This document shows positions 28,134-38,894 of a stretch of DNA of 64,000 bases, in pieces. The notes under the pieces are model-generated. The model was not told where the DNA came from, did not search any database, and saw only the letters and a list, made by a program, of their open reading frames with translations. The position numbers and the translations under genes were made by a program. The stretch lies in the IMG/VR virus record IMGVR_UViG_3300035158_000183, positions 96,001 through 160,000 of that record; one strand, given 5' to 3'. Numbering within the stretch: the stretch's first letter is position 1; each line of letters begins with the position of its first letter. Source of the stretch: a virus.

Positions 28134-30050
28134 TTAGCCTGATTTCGAAACCGAAACCGTTACTGTGACCTGACGCAGCTCGAAAGCTGGGATCAGAGTC
28201 AGATTGATATCAGCTTTACCCTGAACCTCCATCTGAGGTGTCTGGATAATCTCGAATGGACGGTAGTCCTGGAGGTAACGAGCTGTCTTGGCTGCCAAGA
28301 GAACCTTCTCTACAGATGTCTGCATAGAGGCCCTTGTGGCATCCGACATACCCTCGCCCAGGAACGGATCGACTGCAGCACGTACTCCGTCAATGACGGC
28401 CTTCACAATACGTACTGTGGACAGGCGGTTCCAGTCACTGGTTGGCAGGGCGGCTGTGGGAGCATCTGCTACTACCAGACCAGTTGTCTTCTGGCGGAGG
28501 CAGGTGTACCCGGCACCGGCCATATCATCCAGAGCCTGGAGACCGAGACGGAAGATCAGTGTCGAGTTAGCTACCCGCTTGTTTGTGGGTGCGCTAGCTG
28601 GCGACATGTTGATATAGAACCCGCCGTATGAGGCTGCGAAGCTTGCCGGATAGGCGGTTGAGCTAAAACTGTTTCTGAGCAGTGGGTAATCCACCACAAC
28701 AGAGAAGTATTTACCGAGGTCTACCGGAATCTCGTTATCGTCTTCGATCTCGGCTCCGGAGTCCATGAATTTACCTTCTGTAGCGATGAAGCCACCGCCG
28801 AAGGCACCTGAGCGATGCTCATACTTGCCAGCCATAAACTTATTACCAACCAGACCACTGCCGTTATCATTGGCAGAGGCGATGTGATAGAGGCCAGACG
28901 CCGTATCGAGCGTCCATGTGGGCTCGCGGCCCACCCAACGTGCCTTGTCTACGAGGGAGTTGGAAGCTGGTGGCAGAACGCCAATAACACCCGTCGCATC
29001 CACGACATTGGTGGAGTACTCATACAGGAAGCGGCCCAGCTGATAAGCGAAGTTGACCTCGTGGAAGTCATCTCCAGTCAGAGTTGTGCCGTCAATCTTG
29101 GTTGTGGCTGTTGCAGAACCTGGAGCATCCGTCGGCCATATATCAGCCGAGGCAAATACGCCAGAACCGTCATTGAACCACCACCAGAAGTAGTACTCGC
29201 CCTCATACTCTTCTACGAAGAGCCTACCCAGAGCATCGACATCCTGACCTGGACGATAGCGGCCCTTGGTCGGGTATGTGTTGGCGGATGGAGACTCAGG
29301 CGTAATAGCACCCAGGTAGTGTCCCTGATTAACTACATTGTAGTCATCTAGGTAGACATCCATTGGTACGATCACGTCGAAGTCTGTTTGCTTGATGTTC
29401 TCGTATGCTACGTAAAGCTCCTCGTACATCTCCATTCTGGACATACCCAGGCCATCATCCCCAGCTGTGAAGGAAGTCCCTGCATATGTGCTCGGGTCCA
29501 CGTCTTCGAGGTTGATAAAGGCACTTGCTGAGCCAATGTCCGGTCCGCCACCAGAGTGACGATAACCGCTAACGATTACCTCGTATCTCTCGATGGGGCT
29601 GGTCTCGTCATTATCGAAAACAATGACGTCGTCCGTGTTGCGCTTCACTACCAGGCGGTCGGTACTGTCGTCGTAATACATAGCGTAGTTACCACCAGCA
29701 TCTGCGTCTTGCTCGACAGTCTCAATCTTGTAACCGCCTGCACCACCTGCAGAGTTACCTACACCCTCCAGAATGGCGGGCTTGGAACCAATACGGTACA
29801 TGGCGATTTCGTCTGCGCCTGCAGCTTTGACTTCCCACATACCGCGAAGTAGTGTACCGTCATTGCCAAACTCAGACTTAGCCTGTGTGGTAGAGGGGAC
29901 CAGGTATGTTAGGTGGCCTTGCCCCTTCCCCGATGTACCTACGATCATAGCCCTTGGGGCAACAGCTGTAGCCTCGGGGGCGAGGTTGCCGTCGTTCTTG
30001 TAAACGATCACACCAGCGAGATTTTCATACTGCACGCTTGTGTCGGTCAT
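28134..30050 (-). CDS. Contractile tail sheath protein
   Basis: 638 aa; C-terminal SDWNRLSTVRIV...FLGEG...LIPAFELRQVTVTV is typical of sheath proteins. Confidence 0.85.
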   Translation of the reverse strand: MTDTSVQYENLAGVIVYKNDGNLAPEATAVAPRAMIVGTSGKGQGHLTYLVPSTTQAKSEFGNDGTLLRGMWEVKAAGADEIAMYRIGSKPAILEGVGNSAGGAGGYKIETVEQDADAGGNYAMYYDDSTDRLVVKRNTDDVIVFDNDETSPIERYEVIVSGYRHSGGGPDIGSASAFINLEDVDPSTYAGTSFTAGDDGLGMSRMEMYEELYVAYENIKQTDFDVIVPMDVYLDDYNVVNQGHYLGAITPESPSANTYPTKGRYRPGQDVDALGRLFVEEYEGEYYFWWWFNDGSGVFASADIWPTDAPGSATATTKIDGTTLTGDDFHEVNFAYQLGRFLYEYSTNVVDATGVIGVLPPASNSLVDKARWVGREPTWTLDTASGLYHIASANDNGSGLVGNKFMAGKYEHRSGAFGGGFIATEGKFMDSGAEIEDDNEIPVDLGKYFSVVVDYPLLRNSFSSTAYPASFAASYGGFYINMSPASAPTNKRVANSTLIFRLGLQALDDMAGAGYTCLRQKTTGLVVADAPTAALPTSDWNRLSTVRIVKAVIDGVRAAVDPFLGEGMSDATRASMQTSVEKVLLAAKTARYLQDYRPFEIIQTPQMEVQGKADINLTLIPAFELRQVTVTVSVSKSG

Positions 30051-30052
30051 TA

Positions 30053-30778
30053 TTAACCCTCCTCAATGTTAGTTGATACATTTACGTTCAGCGCCAGACG
30101 CTTAAGCTCCTGAGAGCCGAACTGATACGTATCTTCAGTCCTTACCATGAAGGTAATAGGATATTTAGTTAGTGGCAGCTCGCCAATGGTTACTCTCGCT
30201 CTGTCTCCAACGCCCTCTTCAATAGTCTTAATCCTGTGCAGTCCGAAATACCATCGGTAGCTATCCATCACGTTCTCAAACCATAAGACACGCTTAAAAG
30301 CTGTGTAGTCGTCTCGGGCGTATATATTAAATACAACCCAGTTATCATAGAAGCGCCCCATGGTCACCAGCTTCTCACTTGGATGTTCGGGGTGCTGTTG
30401 TATACTTCTTACATGGGCTACTACTTCTCGCACTCTTCCAGTACCCGCAGGGCCCTTATTAAACTGTCCTGGCGCTCGGGCCCTCATGAAGAAGGTGATA
30501 GCCTCTGTGTCAACGGACTCAGGCGGGTCATCCGCCAGAACCAGCAGCCTCTTGTCATCTGGTACATGCTCGGAGGCCTGCCTGGAAGCGACAGCTTCCT
30601 GGACAAGCTCGTAGAAGCCCAGAAGATTGGCTCCTGGGTGTGTGGCAGTATCTACAGCACCGATGTTCTGGATATATCTATTGATAGCCAGAGCAGCGTC
30701 TGCTTCAGAAAGCCTAACAGCCCCTCCTAGATCTGGAATAGCTGTTATATTGTCTGTTTTTGACACCATACCATACAC
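30053..30778 (-). CDS. Putative tail completion/terminator protein
   Basis: 241 aa immediately upstream of the sheath. Confidence 0.5.
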   Translation of the reverse strand: MYGMVSKTDNITAIPDLGGAVRLSEADAALAINRYIQNIGAVDTATHPGANLLGFYELVQEAVASRQASEHVPDDKRLLVLADDPPESVDTEAITFFMRARAPGQFNKGPAGTGRVREVVAHVRSIQQHPEHPSEKLVTMGRFYDNWVVFNIYARDDYTAFKRVLWFENVMDSYRWYFGLHRIKTIEEGVGDRARVTIGELPLTKYPITFMVRTEDTYQFGSQELKRLALNVNVSTNIEEG

Positions 30779-31286
30779 TCCACTCGCGTCTATACTGCGC
30801 CGTGACTTGCCAAAATTCTACCCTTCCTCTATCGGCCCTAAACTGGTCAGCGCTCACAATCTCGTAAACTGCACTGCGCTCCACCGGCTGTGCGGGCCGG
30901 CCTTCATTATCTAACACGACTTCGACTATAAAGTCGCTTGATGAGACATCCACATTGTACTCGAGGTAGAATAATCCCTTACCTCCATCTTGGAATGACT
31001 CATTATTCTTATAATACACTATTTTGTACTCATCCCAAAAGTATCCATGCCCATGACAGTACCGGCAAAAGCTGTCTCTGTCGGGTTCATCCGTGATCCT
31101 GCTTCGACACGGACACCTCAATAGCTCACCATCACTGCCTTCCCGCATCTTCCTCAGCAGACCTACCTTCCCCTTGGCTATTTCGCCTGCCGATCCATAC
31201 AATAACTGGCTCAGCTCCTCCCGGAGGTCCAGCTCGATACCGCCGCTGCGGGCGGTACCATATGGATTAGTCATACTCGCGGTCAT
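30714..31286 (-). CDS. Putative neck/head-closure protein
   Basis: 190 aa; CPC...CRYCHGHG zinc-like motif and FRADRGRVEFW; neck position. Confidence 0.5.
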   Translation of the reverse strand: MTASMTNPYGTARSGGIELDLREELSQLLYGSAGEIAKGKVGLLRKMREGSDGELLRCPCRSRITDEPDRDSFCRYCHGHGYFWDEYKIVYYKNNESFQDGGKGLFYLEYNVDVSSSDFIVEVVLDNEGRPAQPVERSAVYEIVSADQFRADRGRVEFWQVTAQYRREWSVWYGVKNRQYNSYSRSRRGC

Positions 31287-33075
31287 AACTCGACTCTCTA
31301 CGTTTCCTAAATGTCCTCAGATCTCTGCGGCCTGAGGCATATCGTGAGCTGTTGGCAGCCGACTGACTGCTATGCACGCCCACGCCTGATGTGGGCTCCC
31401 ATTGTCTATTTACAAATATGAAATCCTCTGCCAAAGCACCCTTGACCGAGTACTGCGGTTTCAGGCTACCGGCAGGATGTATCTCGCCGCCAGACTGGAC
31501 AGATACTTCCCAGCTGGCTGCACAGTCTTCTAGCTGTGCTAGAATATTACGTAAATTGCCTGGTCCACCAGCTCTGGACACACTGAGGTCTCCCAGGGTC
31601 TTGGACATCCTATCCGCCAGACTGCTGTCGCCCAGAAGGGCTCTAACCAGTATGAACTCTGCCAGGCATGTGGTGTACTGTCTGCGAGCTTGATTAAAGA
31701 AGGTAGCTTGGGTAATGGTCTTGAATCTGATGGCATCAGCCTGAAGGCTGGCCTCTAGGATAGCCAGCATAATGGTCTCATCAGGTACATCCACCAGAAG
31801 CGGACCCAGGTCAAGACGGATACGCCTTAGGCTCGAGTATAGTGGTGTATAAGGTGTTGTAAAGTAAGATTCATAATCCGAGCCCAAAGCGTTTCCGTTT
31901 AAGTCAGCTATATCCTTATCGAGCTTTAAGCGAACTATATTATTCTCGTACAGCTGCCCTGGGTCCAATTGGATTGTCAGGACACTGCCCGCTAGCGTGG
32001 ATACAAAGTCTAGCTCACCTGTTGCCAGGAAGGCATCTTCGTCACCATTAGCCGGCTCCGACCATACATCTATTGCATTGGCTAGAGTTGCCGTAGCTGG
32101 TGGGTCTGAGAAAGTAACTTCAATGATTTCGCCATTATACGGGTCGGTACTTATGGCTACACCATATTCCATATCAGGCGGGTCTACCTCAGAGACGCTA
32201 AATGAGGAGGCAGTTACCGACTCTCCTATTACGTTACTTAGAACACTCTCAATCCCTGAAGTAGGAGAATCTGACGGTGGAGTCAGGATGGCGCCACTGC
32301 CTGCAAAGAAACTCCAGCGGTAGGTATTGGGTAATACTACAGACGGTATCACCTTGCATTCGAAGGTGTCTCCTACGGTGAAACTGCCGTCATGGTGGCA
32401 GGTGATATAGATACCATCCTCTAATTCTCTAGCCCCTGTGCTGGTAATACCATTATAGGTTGTAAGCGGATCATTCTTGTTCCACCACATATACTCTGCA
32501 TCACCAGTGGGACCGCCTGCCGTAATCTCCACAACATACTCTCTAGTATTGTCACCAGTATATCCACCATGGAAGGTTAGGTAGTCTGGGCCAGCAGGAG
32601 AGCGTTGGGTGTCGAATACAGTCCTAGTACGGACACCCGTATCGAAGTCATCAGCAGGCTTCTCGTCACCCAGGATAATGGCCATGTATTGTACATTAGG
32701 CTTAAGTGGTTTGTCCGGAGTCAGGATAGCAACTGTACGCCACAGGTTTCCGGCACCGGTATAGTCCTTAACGCTATCATCTACAGGAGCACCAGAAGCG
32801 TCTTCTCTGGAAAATGAAATAGTTGCCTTGACATAGCCCTTGAAATATGGTGAGGACAGAATATCCTCATCATCAAAGCCCGGAACATCTAGTGGTGTAA
32901 CATCTATAGGCCCAAATACCGGAGCGTCATCCGGACCAGTTAAAACTAAAGTACCCTCATTAATGGAGTCGAGATCCATCTCCTGGTCGAATACCACTCT
33001 GACTTGGTCACCAATAGGTATACCTGTAGCATCTGGAGCTGGATACACACTAACGACTTGTGGAGTTGTCGCCAT
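31267..33075 (-). CDS. Ig-like-domain structural protein / head-tail adaptor
   Basis: 602 aa; PQVVSVYPAPDATGIP...VVFDQEMD and a second Ig-like repeat; C-terminal SKTLGDLSVS adaptor-like motif. Confidence 0.6.
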   Translation of the reverse strand: MATTPQVVSVYPAPDATGIPIGDQVRVVFDQEMDLDSINEGTLVLTGPDDAPVFGPIDVTPLDVPGFDDEDILSSPYFKGYVKATISFSREDASGAPVDDSVKDYTGAGNLWRTVAILTPDKPLKPNVQYMAIILGDEKPADDFDTGVRTRTVFDTQRSPAGPDYLTFHGGYTGDNTREYVVEITAGGPTGDAEYMWWNKNDPLTTYNGITSTGARELEDGIYITCHHDGSFTVGDTFECKVIPSVVLPNTYRWSFFAGSGAILTPPSDSPTSGIESVLSNVIGESVTASSFSVSEVDPPDMEYGVAISTDPYNGEIIEVTFSDPPATATLANAIDVWSEPANGDEDAFLATGELDFVSTLAGSVLTIQLDPGQLYENNIVRLKLDKDIADLNGNALGSDYESYFTTPYTPLYSSLRRIRLDLGPLLVDVPDETIMLAILEASLQADAIRFKTITQATFFNQARRQYTTCLAEFILVRALLGDSSLADRMSKTLGDLSVSRAGGPGNLRNILAQLEDCAASWEVSVQSGGEIHPAGSLKPQYSVKGALAEDFIFVNRQWEPTSGVGVHSSQSAANSSRYASGRRDLRTFRKRRESSYDREYD

Positions 33076-33077
33076 AG

Positions 33078-33407
33078 TTAATCTTCCTCAATAATCTCAA
33101 AGCTTTCTGCCAGCTCTAGCTCCTTGGCATTAGAGGGTACATAGGGTAAGTCCTGTACCGCCCGAGCCTGTATTTCAAGCTGTTCGGCTGCCTGGGCAGC
33201 CTGCTGGCGCCTAGCTTCTCGCCGCAGGTACTGTATAAACTCAAAGCCTTCTGAAATGGTTACCTTGCCAGTCTCTACCGAGAACTCAAGATTCTTCTTA
33301 ATCTTAGCCCACTCTTCTTCTGTGGGTGGCCTGCTCATCTTCTCCCTGAGTTGTAGTAGCTCTGCTTTTTCCATTCTAGTACTCCGATATAGCTGTCTCA
33401 ATAGCAT
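33078..33407 (-). CDS. Hypothetical protein
   Basis: 109 aa helical ORF in the operon; start uncertain. Confidence 0.55.
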   Translation of the reverse strand: MLLRQLYRSTRMEKAELLQLREKMSRPPTEEEWAKIKKNLEFSVETGKVTISEGFEFIQYLRREARRQQAAQAAEQLEIQARAVQDLPYVPSNAKELELAESFEIIEED

Positions 33408-33924
33408 TCAAGACACTAGAACGCTTCTTGCCTTCTCGCTCTACTTCTTCACAGGCATGTAGTAGTGTCAGGTTGTCGTCTTCCTGCGGCAGCGCCTTAA
33501 TGTACTTGATGATGGTACTGTGGTGCTTGTCTAAGAGGATATCGGCCTCGTCATAGAATTTCTTCTCAATAACCCAGCCATCTTCCTCTACAGCCTGTTC
33601 CTCTAAATCTTCAGGGCTTATGGTAGTCACCGATATGATTTCAGGTATTGTATCCTGTTCCTCAGGTATATCTTCGGTGTCTACTGTATTCCCATCAAAC
33701 ATGATTATCTGGTCTGTAGTACCTGGTATTACCTCCTGGGAGGCATCCCCAGACAGCAGGATTACCTCACGAGCTAATATACTCTTATCGATAATATCTT
33801 TCTGTGTGGGAGTGAGCTTATCGATGTCGAGAAGCGGACTAATCCGGTTGCCCGGATGAAGCTTGATAGGGTTAAGAATCCAAAATGGTGCCATTCCTAT
33901 CAGCTTCAATCTGGCGAGTCTCAT
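33376..33924 (-). CDS. Hypothetical acidic protein
   Basis: 182 aa, SD AAGGAG; C-terminal E.E.K.R..V...I motif common in proteins encoded after MCP. Confidence 0.65.
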   Translation of the reverse strand: MRLARLKLIGMAPFWILNPIKLHPGNRISPLLDIDKLTPTQKDIIDKSILAREVILLSGDASQEVIPGTTDQIIMFDGNTVDTEDIPEEQDTIPEIISVTTISPEDLEEQAVEEDGWVIEKKFYDEADILLDKHHSTIIKYIKALPQEDDNLTLLHACEEVEREGKKRSSVLNAIETAISEY

Positions 33925-33954
33925 ATCATACTCCTTGGCTAGAGACCTCTATCA

Positions 33955-33997
33955 AACAAAAGGGGAGAAGGAGCATGTTCACTCCTACTCCCCTTTC
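33955..33997 (-). terminator. Rho-independent terminator after the major capsid gene
   Basis: Minus strand AAAGGGGAGTAGGAG...CTCCTTCTCCCCTTTTGTTT: long stem plus T-tract. Confidence 0.75.
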
Positions 33998-34021
33998 GAG
34001 CTACGATGATGAGACCGACGC

Positions 34022-35290
34022 TTATAGACCGCTGATAGCTGTCGTTACGTCCAGCTCATCCAGAGAACCAGCAGAAGAAATCGTTGGGTGTACTGGAAGT
34101 GCGATTTCGTTTGCCTTGATAGGTACGTTTCGCATCACGCCGACGGCGAGACCATCTTCGTACACTGCAAATGCATAACGCTCTTTCAGTTTCACCTTCA
34201 TGATATCCGCATTCATATCTTCCCACTGATCCGTGCTGACATCCTCATCCACAACCAGCGCACCGAGGTTTGCCGAGTCGAAGATCATGATGTCGCATGT
34301 GTGGTTGTCCTCGTTGAACGGAACGAATGGACTTACCAGCACACGCAGCGGGTACGGGAAGTAGTTCGGAATCACTGCTGGGCTGTTGAGGTTCTGGTCG
34401 ATCTGATTCGCATTCTCCGGATCAGATGCTGTCGCACCAGCCGCATTCTCCGGCGGTGTGTACTGACCATAGCCACCCTGCATACCCATCTTGCTCTGGT
34501 TCGCAGAGTTCCATGGGAGACCCTGTTTCGCCATGTTATGGCGCTGGAACCACTGACCGTTGCCTGTATTCTTAGCGATAGTCTGCAGGAACGGATCAAT
34601 CATCCACATGGACCATGCCAGTGGGTGAAGCAGAATAGTATCAGGAGTATAGCCCTGCATCATGATATGGGAATACCCCTTCAGAAGGTCTTCCATGCGG
34701 CAGGAGCCGTTGCCAGCACCTGTCATGGAGCGCCCTGTGCAGGTCCCATACATAGATTCCGTTGGGTTCTTGTTGTCGAACAGTGATACGCCCATCCCAG
34801 AGATGAAGTCCATACCCTTCTTCTCCTTATGACGGTCCAGACCACGACGGCCGGCTCTGACGTGCATGTTCATGATGTCATACTGGGAGTACTTCTGCAT
34901 TTCCTCAGTAATCTTAAACATAATACCCGTCTTACCAACGTTGATGGTCACGGAACCAGGTGCTACGTTCAGGCTCTGTTCTGGATAGGTCTGACCTTCT
35001 GCAAGGTCGAAAGCTACCATGGCGCCCATTGCCGGGAACGTAATTCTGGCCGCTGGGGTGTAGGCGATACGATCTAGAAGAGACGGGATGATGAGCATCG
35101 GCTCTACCGGCTCACGCACGATCTCTTCAATAACCTTCGGCATCCAAATCGCTGCCTGGGGAGTTGCCAGGAGATCCCTGAACTCCACCTTGGACTGCGT
35201 AGGAACGTTGAACCCGAAGTTGAACCAGGTGTCCCTATACAGTTTGTATTCGTCGCCGAAGGCCTTGGCTGAATCAAATTTCTTACTCAT
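34022..35290 (-). CDS. Major capsid protein (HK97 fold)
   Basis: 422 aa; MPKVIEEIVREPVEP, KTGIMFKITEEM..YSQYD, PDTILLHP, KLKERY; follows protease/decoration genes; terminator downstream. Confidence 0.88.
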   Translation of the reverse strand: MSKKFDSAKAFGDEYKLYRDTWFNFGFNVPTQSKVEFRDLLATPQAAIWMPKVIEEIVREPVEPMLIIPSLLDRIAYTPAARITFPAMGAMVAFDLAEGQTYPEQSLNVAPGSVTINVGKTGIMFKITEEMQKYSQYDIMNMHVRAGRRGLDRHKEKKGMDFISGMGVSLFDNKNPTESMYGTCTGRSMTGAGNGSCRMEDLLKGYSHIMMQGYTPDTILLHPLAWSMWMIDPFLQTIAKNTGNGQWFQRHNMAKQGLPWNSANQSKMGMQGGYGQYTPPENAAGATASDPENANQIDQNLNSPAVIPNYFPYPLRVLVSPFVPFNEDNHTCDIMIFDSANLGALVVDEDVSTDQWEDMNADIMKVKLKERYAFAVYEDGLAVGVMRNVPIKANEIALPVHPTISSAGSLDELDVTTAISGL

Positions 35291-35311
35291 TGGTTTTTCC
35301 TCCGACTTAGG

Positions 35312-36706
35312 TTATCGACCGATAAGGTTGACTATGACCATTCGCTCTGCGCCGCCCGCATATGTGAGTTGATCACTTCGCCCACCGGTTGCAGAACCAG
35401 GTGTACGCATATTTGCTGCAGTCTGGCCTGCGTATGCTGTTTTTACCTTCTCCAGGTAGTCTCGTGGATACTCATTGACACCAATGATCTGACCTACGAT
35501 ACCATTCTGGTGATTCTGAATTGCCTGCTCAAGCTGTGCGGAGATGTCTGCATCTGCGCCCGTACCGTAGTTTGGGTCAGCACTGTAGACAGCAAACGAA
35601 GAGTTATAACCTTCTGCAGTACCGATATCCAGTGAGGCCTTGACCAGGTTACTGGACTCGTCGTAGGTGAGGAAGTCACCGAACGAGAGATTTCCTGTGG
35701 CACACATGTAAGTGTTGCCTGCCGACGCTACAGCATCCTCGTAGTTGTAATACGTGATAGTTGCGCCAGTTGTCCATGGGGATGGGATAGCGTTGCCGCC
35801 AGCCTCATACAGGAACAGGAGACCCAGCTCTGTGTCCAGGAAGTAGTCTCCAGCAGCTGAGATAGCTGTCACGGAGCCAACTTTCTTGGTCAGACCCGAT
35901 ACGGATGGAGTGAGTGGTGTATCCATCGTGATGGCTGCCAGCGGGAACTTGGCGAACAGGTAGCAAACTACGTTGTCGCCTGCAGATACGTCGTTGGAGT
36001 ACTTCACGATTTCAGTGATCTGCGTTGAGCTGAACCATCCACCGGCACGAGGTGTCGTACCATCCAGCTGGTTCTGAAGCAGCGCTGCCGCTCCACCCGT
36101 GTTGTCATTAGCCATTGTTTCTGTAGCTTCCTCTGCTGGTACCACTGGAACAGTGATGCAGTAGTCACAGGTTACGGCTGTAAGAGCCTGTGGGCGGAAG
36201 TTGTGCTGGTAAAGCTCGCCTGGGTTGAAATGATCTGGCCCAGCTGCTTTCCAGTAGTTATAGGACGACACGCCGATAGGCTTCGAAATGAAGTCCATGG
36301 CTCTCTCGCCTTCACGGATCAGGCCGCGTTCTTTGAGAGCGTCAGAGACCTGCTCTTCAGTGTAGCTAACAGCGCCTGCCACTGCTACACCTGTGGTGAG
36401 GTCGATGACGTTCTCTGCGGCGTCTGTAGCCGTATAGGTGAGAATAGTCGTTCCACTTGCTTTGTTCCAGGCCTTGCGCAGACCTGCTGGGACGAGGTGT
36501 CCTCTTCGATCTTCCGCCACTACCTTACCTGCGGAGATGACAATGTAGTACTCATATTCATAGTCGTACCGCTGTACAGGCAGCCAGGGAGCAGCGAAGC
36601 TTTCAAAGTGAGGACGCTCAGAGTGGGAGTACTCCACGTTGGGAGTAACACGGCCCATGCGATCCCAGAATTTGTGATTGGGATTATATCCTCTGTCGAT
36701 TGCCAT
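35312..36706 (-). CDS. Capsid decoration/structural protein
   Basis: 464 aa between the protease and MCP; strong SD GGAGG. Confidence 0.6.
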   Translation of the reverse strand: MAIDRGYNPNHKFWDRMGRVTPNVEYSHSERPHFESFAAPWLPVQRYDYEYEYYIVISAGKVVAEDRRGHLVPAGLRKAWNKASGTTILTYTATDAAENVIDLTTGVAVAGAVSYTEEQVSDALKERGLIREGERAMDFISKPIGVSSYNYWKAAGPDHFNPGELYQHNFRPQALTAVTCDYCITVPVVPAEEATETMANDNTGGAAALLQNQLDGTTPRAGGWFSSTQITEIVKYSNDVSAGDNVVCYLFAKFPLAAITMDTPLTPSVSGLTKKVGSVTAISAAGDYFLDTELGLLFLYEAGGNAIPSPWTTGATITYYNYEDAVASAGNTYMCATGNLSFGDFLTYDESSNLVKASLDIGTAEGYNSSFAVYSADPNYGTGADADISAQLEQAIQNHQNGIVGQIIGVNEYPRDYLEKVKTAYAGQTAANMRTPGSATGGRSDQLTYAGGAERMVIVNLIGR

Positions 36707-36728
36707 AGTTGGTTACCTCCTAGTACAT

Positions 36729-38894
36729 CTACTCAGCGGCACTATCTGATTCCGCTGAAAGGCTTTCAAAAGTCAATTCGTCGGTAAACATATCCAATGC
36801 CTTCATTCTATCATAAATCTTCTGTGCATCGGAAATTTGCCCATCGGCGATCAACTCTTTGATATTGTTGATAGCTTCCACGGCTGGAGCAGAGAGACCC
36901 TCTGGCAGCTGTGTATTGTTCTTGTCTGTGTTGACTGTCGGGTTATCCACAGAGCCGTCTGGCTCACGAGACATCCCATCATTCAGTTTATTTACAATGA
37001 CTTGCAGATCAAAGCCATCTGTGATGGCAGCTTCCTGCTTGTCGAGGTCTGCATCCTTGAGGGCCTCCTGAGCTTTCTCGATATCCTCGAATTTGCCATT
37101 CAGGACGCCTACTAAGGCCAAATTATCGGCTCTGGCTTTGTAGAGAGACGCGCCAAGCTCCACATAGGAGTCTACCTGTGCACGGTAGTCCTCGTATGCT
37201 CTCTGCAGCTCTCCACGGAGAACCTGGAGAGTATCCTGCAGGCTTTCAAGCTCCTGCTTGGCCTCTGTGGCTGCTGCCTCAGCTGTTTCAGCCTTCTCTT
37301 GGTGTACAGCACAGTCGCTGCAGTCACGCTGGACCTTCAGGTCGCGGCTGATGAGTTCTAGCTCAGCTGAGTGGAATAGAGTGCGGAGATCCTCATTGTT
37401 GAGGTCTTTCAGCTGGTCCTCTGCACATGGTGAAGTGTTGCTGTCGGCTGGTGAAGTATCAGGCGCACTATCTGCAGAATCGTTGTTCTTGGACCCTCCA
37501 CAGCCCAGGGCCTTCGCCTTACGTGCCACACATGCAAGAATCCTAGACTTATCGCCAGGACCCTTATAGCGGCCGATAAGTCGTCTGGCTGCTGTTACAT
37601 GTGCACAATCCGGGACTGGGAAGGAACGATCCGGGCCACAGAATGTTGAGCCGGCTAGACCCTTACGCTGCTTGGCAGTAAGTCTGGCGTCAGCTGCGTC
37701 AAACTCTTCCTGCGTAATAAGCCCTTCATCTAACATAGCCTTAAGCTCAACCTGCATATTGTCTGCTACTTCATCAGCATTTACTTTCTGATCTGCTGTT
37801 TCCAGGTCTTCCAGAGCATACTGAATCGCTGTTTCCTCATCCAGCTCAGCCTCTTCCTGGAATGGGAAGAACTCGGCGTCGCCCTTGAGAGCTGCGATCT
37901 TCTGCGCAAAGTCAGCCAAGACCTTCTCCTCTGCTTCCTTGCGGAGCTTCTTGAGGGTCTCAAAGACCTTCTTCTCAGCATCAGAAAGAACGATTTCGTC
38001 TTTAGCTGATTTTGCCATATCGTCCTCCTTGTTGTGGTAATCCTTAAACTCGAAGACAGTATCCGTAAGAATATCAAATACTTCCTCTTGTTTATTAAGT
38101 ACAGTTACTACCTTATTATTGTCAGCGTTAGCCTCATCCATAATCTGGACAGCCACTAGAGTGTCGCCCTCCAGAGCTACGAAGCTAGTCTCTAGGTATT
38201 GGTGTACGCCAGGGATGGCCAGGGCGGGGAACTTATGACCATCCTCTGCATCATCCTCGTACATTTCCCCCATATCGTGCTCGCAGAAGCCATCGGCGGC
38301 CCAGTTTTGGCCACAGATCAGGCAGTGTGCGGCGCCTGGGGAGCGGAAATGTGTGGATACGGCGTCAAAGCGGCCATCTCTGACCTGCTCAATGGTTTCC
38401 TTGTCATAAATGTCAGCATACAGCTCGATGTAACCAAGTCCTCGCCACTCTTCCTTCTCCGTGATACCAGCACGCATAAGGTTTCTGGCAGCCTTCAACT
38501 GGTCCTTCATGGGAGCACTACTGCTCATAAGGGACTGGATGTCAGGGTTATCCTGTAGCTCTTCAGGTATAGTCGGGACGAACCTGGCGCTACGAACTAC
38601 ACCTACTGGATCCGATTCTAGATCGTGGTGCTTAAGGATCTTGGTGGGCTTTTCGCCTACCCTGAAGGTGCCTACTCCTTCAGCCATGCGCGATGGGATA
38701 TAGAAACGCCTATTCCGATTTAATACCCCAGCATGGCTAGCCTCCATGCGGATACGCAGAGCCTTAGATAGAGGGGCCGCACTGAGAAAATCCGTCCATT
38801 CATCGACCTGTTGCTCTGTAGGCTTGGTCAGCCTAAAGTAGTCAGTGAACGTAAGATTGATTGTCATACTGTTACACTCCTTAGCCACCGACAC
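36729..38894 (-). CDS. Prohead protease-scaffold fusion
   Basis: ASHAG..NRNRRFY, KHHD...PVG, DGRFDAVS, CLICG...CEH zinc ribbon; acidic coiled-coil C-terminus; start may be 38867. Confidence 0.75.
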   Translation of the reverse strand: MSVAKECNSMTINLTFTDYFRLTKPTEQQVDEWTDFLSAAPLSKALRIRMEASHAGVLNRNRRFYIPSRMAEGVGTFRVGEKPTKILKHHDLESDPVGVVRSARFVPTIPEELQDNPDIQSLMSSSAPMKDQLKAARNLMRAGITEKEEWRGLGYIELYADIYDKETIEQVRDGRFDAVSTHFRSPGAAHCLICGQNWAADGFCEHDMGEMYEDDAEDGHKFPALAIPGVHQYLETSFVALEGDTLVAVQIMDEANADNNKVVTVLNKQEEVFDILTDTVFEFKDYHNKEDDMAKSAKDEIVLSDAEKKVFETLKKLRKEAEEKVLADFAQKIAALKGDAEFFPFQEEAELDEETAIQYALEDLETADQKVNADEVADNMQVELKAMLDEGLITQEEFDAADARLTAKQRKGLAGSTFCGPDRSFPVPDCAHVTAARRLIGRYKGPGDKSRILACVARKAKALGCGGSKNNDSADSAPDTSPADSNTSPCAEDQLKDLNNEDLRTLFHSAELELISRDLKVQRDCSDCAVHQEKAETAEAAATEAKQELESLQDTLQVLRGELQRAYEDYRAQVDSYVELGASLYKARADNLALVGVLNGKFEDIEKAQEALKDADLDKQEAAITDGFDLQVIVNKLNDGMSREPDGSVDNPTVNTDKNNTQLPEGLSAPAVEAINNIKELIADGQISDAQKIYDRMKALDMFTDELTFESLSAESDSAAE

